A stretch of 32,000 bases of DNA from Xanthomonas campestris pv. campestris str. ATCC 33913 (GTDB lineage: Bacteria; Pseudomonadota; Gammaproteobacteria; Xanthomonadales; Xanthomonadaceae). Location: positions 2,996,497-3,028,496 of the forward strand of contig NC_003902.1 in the NCBI RefSeq assembly GCF_000007145.1, written 5' to 3'. The notes under the pieces were generated by a model, which was given only the letters and a program-made list of their open reading frames with translations, did not search any database and was not told the DNA's origin. How positions within the stretch are numbered: position 1 is the stretch's first letter; each line of letters begins with the position of its first letter. Shown here piece by piece: positions 10,723 to 18,761 of this stretch. Both the position numbers and the translations under genes were made by a program.

Positions 10723-11148
10723 TCAGTGATTGACGATCTCGCCATGCATCGCGGCCAACCGTGCGAGCAGGCGATTCTGGGTTCGGCGCGGAATGTTGCG
10801 CTGATCCATTGCCCAGTTGAGATCTTCGACCAGGGCATTGAAGTCGTCCTCGCGGATGGCCATATGCTGGTGCGCCTGTGCCATGGACTTGGCAGTGTCC
10901 GGGCACGGGCCATCGGCGACATGGCAGAACTTCTGCACCAGCCGCTCGTTGAGCATGACGATATTGACGCGTGCAAAGTGCTCGACGATGCGCGGGTCGT
11001 CGGCGATGCGCGAGAGCATGGTTTCCACCAGGGCCTCGATGCCGGGCTGACCGCCCAATTCTTCGTACAGCGTCTGTCGCGGTTGCGTGGTGGCACAGGC
11101 GCTCAACGTCAGCACGCACAGCAGCGAATAGCGCAGCCATCGGGTCAT
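10723..11148 (-). CDS. Group-1 truncated haemoglobin (trHbN-like) with lipoprotein signal peptide
   Basis: Start at MTRWLRYSLLCVLTLSAC (ATG 11148; lipobox L-S-A-C). Globin core: LYEELGGQPGIEALVETMLSRIADDPRIVEHF ... DGPCPDTAKSMAQAHQHMAIREDDF. By hand this aligns with M. tuberculosis HbN ([22 protein letters not shown] ... [25 protein letters not shown]), including the proximal His. 141 aa. TGATG overlap with the upstream gene. Confidence 0.8.
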   Translation of the reverse strand: MTRWLRYSLLCVLTLSACATTQPRQTLYEELGGQPGIEALVETMLSRIADDPRIVEHFARVNIVMLNERLVQKFCHVADGPCPDTAKSMAQAHQHMAIREDDFNALVEDLNWAMDQRNIPRRTQNRLLARLAAMHGEIVNH

Positions 11149-12023
11149 CACAACGCCACCTGCAGGGAAAGATACGGTCCGCGCTGACGCTTCAAGGTGG
11201 CAACTTCGCCGAGATCGGCCCAGGCGGCGGTCAGCGACACATGCTTGGTCGGGAACCAGGCGACGAAGCCGTCGGCCCAGGCTTGCTCGCGGGCGAAACC
11301 CAGATTGTTCGGCTTGTCGCGATACTCCAGGCCCACCACCCACGACGGGCTCAGCACCACGCCAGCGCTGACCTCACCGACCAGCCGATAACTGTTGCGA
11401 CGGTCGCCGCCGAAGCCCAGCAACCCGGTTTGATTGGCGCGAGTAGCGCGCACGGTGCCGTTGAGCAGCAACTGGTAGCCGCCAGCGCCTTGCAGCAATA
11501 GCCGCGCGGCGCTGAGATAGACATCGGTGCCGTGGTCGTCGCGTGCACCGATCGCCAGCGGCAAGGTGCCGTCGCGCAGGCGCTTGTACTGCACGCCCAG
11601 ACTCAGCTGCGGCGCGCGCCCGTAGACCAGATCGCCATGCAGTCGCACTTTCGCGCCAAACACATCCTGGCCGAGCGCATTCCACGGCAATCCCAACCGG
11701 TCCTGCAAGGTGCCCAGGTCCAGACGCTGGCGCGCCACCGAAAGCTCGAGCCGATTGCCCACCGTCAATGCCGCGCCCTGCACATCCAGACGGTAATCGC
11801 CGCTATCGACGTGGGTGGCGAACGCCACGGTGCCGAGTTCATCGCGCGTGCCGTACCCCGACAACGTGGCCCAGGGCACGATGCCGCCGCCACTGCTGCC
11901 TTCGAGCATCGAGACGCCGCCGGTGGCCAGCAACCGGCCCTCGCCCGCCATGCACAGCAGTGGGTTCAGCGCCGTTGCGGCAAGCAGCATTGCGGCCGCT
12001 GTCGTACGTGGAACGCGCTTCAT
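11148..12023 (-). CDS. Exported DUF3034-like protein, probable outer-membrane beta-barrel
   Basis: Start at MKRVPRTTAAAMLLAATALNPLLCMA (ATG 12023; ATGA overlap with the GGDEF/EAL stop). 291 aa. Alternating hydrophobic/polar beta-strand pattern throughout (YRLDVQGAALTVGNRLELSVARQ, GYQLLLNGTVRATRAN, VSLTAAWADLG). The GGGIVPWATLSGYG motif recalls the DUF3034 family, from memory and not searched. Confidence 0.7.
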   Translation of the reverse strand: MKRVPRTTAAAMLLAATALNPLLCMAGEGRLLATGGVSMLEGSSGGGIVPWATLSGYGTRDELGTVAFATHVDSGDYRLDVQGAALTVGNRLELSVARQRLDLGTLQDRLGLPWNALGQDVFGAKVRLHGDLVYGRAPQLSLGVQYKRLRDGTLPLAIGARDDHGTDVYLSAARLLLQGAGGYQLLLNGTVRATRANQTGLLGFGGDRRNSYRLVGEVSAGVVLSPSWVVGLEYRDKPNNLGFAREQAWADGFVAWFPTKHVSLTAAWADLGEVATLKRQRGPYLSLQVAL

Positions 12024-14383
12024 CGTTGACCTCCCGCCTGCGCCACGGGCGAGCGACCGAGCTGGCGCATGCACCATGCCAGCAGCGGCTTTTCTTCCAG
12101 TGGCGGCGAATACAGATAGCCCTGCACCATGTCGCAGCCGTAGCCGCGCAGCAGCGCCAGCGCAGTGTCGTTTTCCACGCCCTCGGCAATCACGCTCAGG
12201 CCGAGGTTGTGCCCCAGATCGATCGTGCTGCGCACGATGAAGGCATCGTCGGTGCCTTCGGCAAGCTGCATGACAAAGCTCTTGTCGATCTTCAATTCGT
12301 TCACCGGCATGCGCTTGAGCTGGGCCAGCGAGGAATAGCCGGTGCCGAAGTCGTCGACCGACAGCCGTACGCCCACATTGCGGAGTTGATGCAACATGTG
12401 CAGCGCAAATTCGACATCGCGCATCAATGCGCTTTCGGTCAGTTCCAGCGTGACCGAGGTGGCCGGCACCGCATGACGCTGCAGGCAGCCGCGCACGAAG
12501 TCCGGCAGGCCGGGGTCGGACAGATCCAGGGCCGACAGATTGATCGCCATGCCCAGTTCCAATCCTTGCGCTCGCCATTGCGACTGGCAGTGCAAGGCCT
12601 CGTCCAGCACGAAGCGGGTGAGCGGATGGATGACGCCGGAATGCTCGGCCAACGGAATGAATTCGTCCGGGCCGATCGGCCCCAGCACCGGGTGATGCCA
12701 GCGCACGAGCACCTCGACCTGCTCCACCTGATCGGTACGCAGGCTGATCTTGGGCTGGAAACGCAAGGTCAGCTCGTTGCCACCGATGGCCTGGCGCAGA
12801 TCGCCGGTGAGACGCAGCCGGCGCAGATGCTGCTCGTCCTGGCCAAGCCGGTACACGCTGGCGCCACTGGCGGTGTCGCCGACCTGGCCGCGCGCGATAT
12901 CGGCGCGACGCAGCAGCGTGTCCGGGTCGGCGCCATGTTCGGGAATCAACGCAATGCCGATGCTGGCTTCGAGCTGGATGCGCGCCTGCGGCAGCGCCAG
13001 CGGGCTGCGCAATTGCAGCAGCAGGCGTTGGGCTTCCTCCTGCACGGTGGCCGGGTCGGCATGCGCCACCACCACCATGAATTCGTCGCTGCCAAGGCGC
13101 CCGACGATGTTGGGCGCCTGCACCACGTCGGCAAGCCTGCGCCCGGCTTCGACCAAGACCTGATCTGCGAAGTCGTGGCCCAGGCTGTCGTTGAGTTCCT
13201 TGAAGCGCTCCAGGTCCAGGATCAACACCGCTGCGGTGCCGCCCGAGGCCACGGTCTGATCCACCACCTGCTGCAGCTGCTCCAGCAGCCAGATGCGGTT
13301 GGGCAAGCCAGTGAGTGCGTCGTGGCGTGCCTGGTGCAGGATGTGCTGCTCGCGCGTGGCGATCTGCTGCTGCATGCGCCCGAAGCTGTCGGCCAGCTCC
13401 GCCAATTCGCGCCCGGGCGGCAATTGCACGGTGGTGTGGTAATCACCGCGCTGGATGCGGCGTGCTGCCTGCACCAGCAGCGCCACCGGCTTACTGACGC
13501 TGCGCGCGAGAAAAATCGACACGCCCAGTGCGGCGGCGGTGGCCAGGCCAGCCAGCAGCAAAATCCGTAACTTGAGTGTGCGGTACGGCGCCACCGCGCG
13601 GTCCAACGACGCCTGCAAGGCAACCCGCACGCGGGTATCGCCCTGGATGGACTGCAACTTCACCAGGTAACGCGAGTCCCCCAGGGTCAGCGGGATTGCA
13701 GCGCCCTGCGCGTGTTCGGCGGTGCGCAATTGCTGCGCGAATTCCGTGCGTTCGGCTGGTTGCAGCGTGGACGCCAGTACGCGCGGCGGCGCACCGTCGA
13801 TGAAGAAGGTGGCATCCAGACCCGTGGTGCTGCGGAAATCCTGCGCAAGGCTGTCGCCGGATTCATTACCGATCGCAATCCAGCCCACCCGGCTCGGCGC
13901 CAGTACCTGCACGACTGCCAGGCGCACGATGTGTTGATCCAAGGCCACCACACCGACGGCACGCCCGTCGTGCTGGGCCTGTTGCAGCAAGGCCTGCACG
14001 GCACGCAGCTGCTCGGCCTGCGGCAGATCCGCCAGCCCGGTCAGAAAATCGCCTTCAGGCGACAGCAGCACCGCCGTCTGCGCATCCATGCGCGCGGCGT
14101 GGTTGCGCAACGCCGACTGCATCGTTGGCACATCGCCGCTGGCAACGGCTGCACGGAAGCCGAAATCGTCCGCCAGCACCGAGGCCGATTGCAGCAGTTG
14201 TTCATCGCGGCGCTGGTTGATGCGTTGCCAGACCCGCTCGCCAATCAGCAGCTCTTCGCCGAGTTGCGCCTTGACGCTGCGCTCGGTGGCCACCTGCACG
14301 GCAATGAAGGTCAGCGCCTGGGTGCCGAGCACCACCAGCACCAGCAGCGCCGCGATGCGCGTATGCAGTCGCATCGCCTTCAT
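12020..14383 (-). CDS. Membrane c-di-GMP signalling protein: TM - ~240-aa periplasmic sensor domain - TM - HAMP - degenerate GGDEF - EAL
   Basis: 787-aa ORF. TM1 is IAALLVLVVLGTQALTFIAV and TM2 is ILLLAGLATAAALGVSIFLA, followed by a HAMP-like segment. GGDEF domain (DALTGLPNR ... RLGSDEFMVVV) has GSDEF in place of GG[DE]EF and no RxxD I-site. The EAL domain has a full catalytic set: QPK, EVLVRW, INLS, ELTES, DDFGTGYSSL, KIDKSF, EGVE, QGY. Confidence 0.9.
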   Translation of the reverse strand: MKAMRLHTRIAALLVLVVLGTQALTFIAVQVATERSVKAQLGEELLIGERVWQRINQRRDEQLLQSASVLADDFGFRAAVASGDVPTMQSALRNHAARMDAQTAVLLSPEGDFLTGLADLPQAEQLRAVQALLQQAQHDGRAVGVVALDQHIVRLAVVQVLAPSRVGWIAIGNESGDSLAQDFRSTTGLDATFFIDGAPPRVLASTLQPAERTEFAQQLRTAEHAQGAAIPLTLGDSRYLVKLQSIQGDTRVRVALQASLDRAVAPYRTLKLRILLLAGLATAAALGVSIFLARSVSKPVALLVQAARRIQRGDYHTTVQLPPGRELAELADSFGRMQQQIATREQHILHQARHDALTGLPNRIWLLEQLQQVVDQTVASGGTAAVLILDLERFKELNDSLGHDFADQVLVEAGRRLADVVQAPNIVGRLGSDEFMVVVAHADPATVQEEAQRLLLQLRSPLALPQARIQLEASIGIALIPEHGADPDTLLRRADIARGQVGDTASGASVYRLGQDEQHLRRLRLTGDLRQAIGGNELTLRFQPKISLRTDQVEQVEVLVRWHHPVLGPIGPDEFIPLAEHSGVIHPLTRFVLDEALHCQSQWRAQGLELGMAINLSALDLSDPGLPDFVRGCLQRHAVPATSVTLELTESALMRDVEFALHMLHQLRNVGVRLSVDDFGTGYSSLAQLKRMPVNELKIDKSFVMQLAEGTDDAFIVRSTIDLGHNLGLSVIAEGVENDTALALLRGYGCDMVQGYLYSPPLEEKPLLAWCMRQLGRSPVAQAGGQR

Positions 14384-15078
14384 GGAGACGGCTTTTTCGG
14401 GTCGGCGGCGCGACGGAACTTGTCCTGCAGCGCGCGCACGCGATCATCCGGCGGCGCGACCGCTGGCGCTGTGCCGGTGGTCTGCACGGTGACACGGCGC
14501 TGCAGCGCATCGCGGCTCAGCACCAGTGGCTCGGACAGCGCAGCGCCCTTGATGCGCGGATGCCAGACGCGCAGGGTGTAGCTGCCCGCGGGCGCATCGA
14601 TCTGGACACGGCCATCGCTGCCGCTCTTGCCGAAATACGGGGTGTCCAGCACCACGATATACCCCAGCATCCAGTCATGGATGTTGCAGCCCACCGTCAC
14701 CAGCCCGGCCTGATCGAAGCGTACCGGCGCAGCCGTGCTGCCCTGGAACAGCGGCAACTCGAACTTCTTGGCAGGCGAAAACGAATACACCTGATGCCGG
14801 ATTTGATCATTGTTTGGGAAGCGCACCAGGCTACCCGTGCGTACCGCGAGCACCGCGGGAACGAACTGCGAATTCAGCTGATCCATCGACACCGTTTTCG
14901 AGGTGCCGGTCGCCGGCACCGGACGTGCGGTTTCCAGGCTCACCACTGCATCAACCAGCACGCCGCCGGCGTCCTGGACAGTCACCGTCACCGGTGTTGC
15001 CAAGGCCACACCCGCAAGGCACCCGGTCAGCACCAGTGCCGATGTTCCAACAATGTTGATTACTTTTCGCGTCCACAT
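14380..15078 (-). CDS. Exported cupredoxin-fold (type-1 blue copper, amicyanin-like) protein with beta-sandwich flanks; a family often labelled 'methylamine utilization protein'
   Basis: Start at MWTRKVINIVGTSALVLTGC (ATG 15078; alternative ATG 15093). Signal peptide with a possible lipobox L-T-G-C. Candidate copper ligands: His in NDQIRHQVYSF, then GCNIHDWM (Cys-X2-His-X2-Met). ATGA overlap with the downstream GGDEF/EAL gene. 232 aa. Confidence 0.75.
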   Translation of the reverse strand: MWTRKVINIVGTSALVLTGCLAGVALATPVTVTVQDAGGVLVDAVVSLETARPVPATGTSKTVSMDQLNSQFVPAVLAVRTGSLVRFPNNDQIRHQVYSFSPAKKFELPLFQGSTAAPVRFDQAGLVTVGCNIHDWMLGYIVVLDTPYFGKSGSDGRVQIDAPAGSYTLRVWHPRIKGAALSEPLVLSRDALQRRVTVQTTGTAPAVAPPDDRVRALQDKFRRAADPKKPSP

Positions 15079-15273
15079 GCGCCCGCACCTCATCGCAGTC
15101 CTGCAGCGGGCGCCAGGCAAATCCGACGTCGCGCTAGCGGCCAGACTGGGATATCGGCAGAGGTGAACGCAAGCTTTAACCGGACGCGAGCGAACGTTCA
15201 TCAAGCAAACTGTGGCGAGCGTCATCCGCCATGTTGCGAGCGCGGCCATAGGCTGCGCTTGGGTCCGTTCGGC

Positions 15274-16212
15274 TTACTTGAGCTTGATCTCGCGCAGGCG
15301 CTCTTCCAGAAACCCGTGTGCGGTGATCGGCTCGGGATAGCGGCTGGGGTTGTCGGCGCTGATGCAGGACGGCAACACGTCGATCAGGAAATCCGGGTTC
15401 GGGTGCAGGAAGAACGGCACCGAATAGCGCGGCTTGCGCGCTTCCTCTCCCGGCGGATTGACCACGCGGTGGATGGTGGACGGGTACACATGGTTAGTCA
15501 GGCGCTGCAGCATGTCGCCGATATTGACCACGATGGTGTCGGCGTCCGCAGTGAACGGCACCCACTCGCCTTCGTTGGAACGCACTTCCAGGCCGGCGGC
15601 ACTGGCGCCCACCAGCAAGGTGATGAAATTGATGTCGCCGTGCGCACCGGCGCGTACATTCGGGATGTCGTCGCTGGTGATCGGCGGGTAATGGATCGGG
15701 CGCAGGATCGAATTGCCGTGATCGGTCTTGTCGGCGAAGTAGTCCTGCGGCAGGCCGATGTGCAGCGCCAGCGCCGACAACACGCGCGAGCCCAGCTGAT
15801 CCAACTGCTGATACAGGTGGTAGCCACGTTCGCGGAAGCCCGGCACTTCGGTCGGCCACAGATTGGGCGCCATCACCGCGCGGTACGGCGAATCGTCCGG
15901 GATCTCGCGGCCGATGTGCCAGAACTCTTTCAAATCGAAATGCTTGGAGTCCTTGGCGGTTTCCACACCGAACGCGGTATAGCCGCGCGCGCCGCCACTG
16001 CCGGGCACGTGGTAGCTGCGCTTGACCTCGTCGGGCAGCGCGAAAAATGCCTTGAACACCTCGTAGGCGGCGTCGATGTCGGACTGCGCAATGCCGTGAT
16101 TGCGGATACCGGCAAAGCCCCATTGCCGATAAGCGGCACCGAGCTCGGCGACAAAGGCCTCGCGGTCGCTGTCGAAACGGGTGATGTCCAGGGTGGGGAT
16201 GCGCGCGCTCAT
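15274..16212 (-). CDS. 2-oxoglutarate/Fe(II)-dependent oxygenase (isopenicillin-N-synthase-like family)
   Basis: 312-aa ORF. N-terminal non-haem dioxygenase region (IPTLDITRF...GFAGIRNHGI). Facial triad H-x-D...H (GAHGDINFITLL ... STIHRV). 2OG-binding R-x-S (RYSVPFF). Confidence 0.88.
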   Translation of the reverse strand: MSARIPTLDITRFDSDREAFVAELGAAYRQWGFAGIRNHGIAQSDIDAAYEVFKAFFALPDEVKRSYHVPGSGGARGYTAFGVETAKDSKHFDLKEFWHIGREIPDDSPYRAVMAPNLWPTEVPGFRERGYHLYQQLDQLGSRVLSALALHIGLPQDYFADKTDHGNSILRPIHYPPITSDDIPNVRAGAHGDINFITLLVGASAAGLEVRSNEGEWVPFTADADTIVVNIGDMLQRLTNHVYPSTIHRVVNPPGEEARKPRYSVPFFLHPNPDFLIDVLPSCISADNPSRYPEPITAHGFLEERLREIKLK

Positions 16213-16250
16213 ACGGATGTCTTGCTCAAGAATGAAAGAAGACCTGCCGC

Positions 16251-16340
16251 TCAGGACAGCAGGCGATACAGCACATAAAACGTCGCGGCCTTGGCGAAGA
16301 CCACGCAGACGCCGATGATCAACGACTCACGCCGCGTCAC
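16251..16340 (-). CDS. Candidate unannotated small membrane protein (29 aa)
   Basis: My translation: GTG ACG CGG CGT GAG TCG TTG ATC ATC GGC GTC TGC GTG GTC TTC GCC AAG GCC GCG ACG TTT TAT GTG CTG TAT CGC CTG CTG TCC TGA = (M)[32 protein letters not shown] lies 6 nt upstream of the GTG. 25 of 29 codons end in G/C. Basic N-terminus plus one TM-length hydrophobic stretch. Overlaps the glmM 3' end by 14 nt and ends 38 nt before the oxygenase start. Below the track's size cutoff. Confidence 0.45.
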   Translation of the reverse strand: MTRRESLIIGVCVVFAKAATFYVLYRLLS

Positions 16341-17672
16341 GCACCGCTCCGGCGAGGCGATCGAGCGTGTCCTGCATCAACCCCGCTTCGTCGGCCTCCA
16401 CAGTCACGCGTACCACCGGCTCGGTGCCGGACGGGCGCAGGAAGGCGCGGCCACGCCCCTGCACCGCCGCCTGCGCTTGCTGCAGCGCCTGCTGCACGCT
16501 GGCGGCTTCCACAATCGCCTTGGCTGCACCGCCGCCCAGACGCACATTGACGGTCTGCTGCGGGACCTTGCTCAGGCTGCTCAGCGCCTCACGCAGGCTG
16601 TGCCCGTCGCGCCCCAGCGCTTCGAGCACCTGCAGGGCGCTGACGATGCCATCACCGGTGGTGGCCCGGTCCAGACACAGCAGGTGGCCGGAGGTTTCGC
16701 CGCCCAGGGTACCGCCGCCCTCGACCAGGGCCTGATGCACATAGCGGTCGCCGACCTTGGCGCGCTGGAACGGGATCTGCAACGCCGCCAATGCTTTCTC
16801 CAGCCCGTAATTGGTCATCAAGGTGCCGACCACCGTGCCGGTGAGCCGGCCGCTGGCCTGCCACGAGCGCGCGAGCACGTACAGCAGATCGTCGCCATCG
16901 ACCGGGTTGCCCTGGTCGTCGGCCATCAGCACGCGGTCGCCGTCGCCATCGAAAGCGATGCCCAGCTGCGCACCGGTCTCGCGCACCTTGGCGGCGAGAT
17001 TGTCGATATGCGTGGAGCCGACACCATCGTTGATATTGAGCCCGTCCGGCGCCGCACCGATCACCACCACCTCGGCGCCGAGCTCGCGAAACAACATCGG
17101 CGCGATGTGGTACGTGGCGCCGTGCGCGCAATCGAGCACCATCTTCAACCCGTGCAGGGTGAAGCCACGCGGGACGCTGGCCTTGCAGAATTCGATGTAG
17201 CGGCCGATCGCATCGCGGGTACGGATCGCCTTGCCCAGGCGCTCGGATTCCACGGTGTGGAATGGCGCATCCAGGGCCGCTTCGATGGCCGCTTCGGTGG
17301 CGTCATCGAGCTTCTCGCCTTCGGCGGAAAAGAACTTGATGCCGTTGTCGTAATGCGGGTTGTGCGATGCGCTGATCACCACACCAGCATCCGCGCGCAA
17401 GGTGCTGGTCAAAAACGCAATGGCCGGAGTCGGCATCGGCCCGATCAGCTGCACGTCGGCACCGGCGGCCACCAGGCCGGCTTCCAGCGCTGCTTCGAAC
17501 ATGTAGCCGGAAATGCGGGTGTCCTTGCCGATCAGCACCAACGGGCGCTTGCTGCGCCCAGCGGTAAGCACACGCCCAAGCGCATTGCCCAGGCGCAGCA
17601 CGAAATCGGCAGAGATCACGCCCTGCCCGACCCGACCGCGGATGCCGTCGGTGCCGAAATACTTACGACTGC

Positions 17673-17676
<4 letters not shown>
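16327..17676 (-). CDS. glmM: Phosphoglucosamine mutase
   Basis: 449-aa ORF: [10 protein letters not shown], active-site [17 protein letters not shown] metal loop, GGETSGH, C-terminal [15 protein letters not shown] overlap with the accD stop. Confidence 0.96.
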
Positions 17677-18560
<884 letters not shown>

Positions 18561-18688
18561 GCGTGTATGACAATCCATGCAAGGCGGCCGTGCAGGCCGC
18601 AGAGGGGCGACAGTCTATCCCAGCGCCCCATGGCGGTGCAGTGGGCGGCCGCGCGGGTTGGCGCCGAGAGGCTTGGGCCAAGCCGCCA

Positions 18689-18725
18689 GGCGATCATGCG
18701 GGAACGTGTTGCCGGCATGATCGCC
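18689..18725. other. Perfect 11-bp inverted repeat with a 15-nt loop in the trpA-accD spacer
   Basis: GGCGATCATGC (18689-18699) and GCATGATCGCC (18715-18725). Lies ~40 nt downstream of the trpA stop on the transcribed (minus) strand. No U-tract follows. Role unknown. Confidence 0.35.
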
Positions 18726-18761
18726 GCCGTTGGGCACCTGCATGCAACCGGCAGCGGTGCC

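Noticed and set aside
15079-15273. FNR/CRP/Clp-type operator or sigma-70 promoter upstream of the four-gene operon
   Set aside because: Only an 8-bp palindrome GAACGTTC (15192-15199) and a single TTGAT half-site are present. Candidate -35/-10 hexamers (TTGATG ... TTAAAG) are poorly spaced and poorly matched. Nothing is supportable without TSS data.
18615-18743. 42-codon ORF (MQVPNGGDHAGNTFPHDRLAAWPKPLGANPRGRPLHRHGALG) in the trpA-accD spacer
   Set aside because: No Shine-Dalgarno sequence. G/C-ending codon bias is only marginally above background. The 11-bp inverted repeat sits inside it, so it is better explained as structured RNA or DNA.
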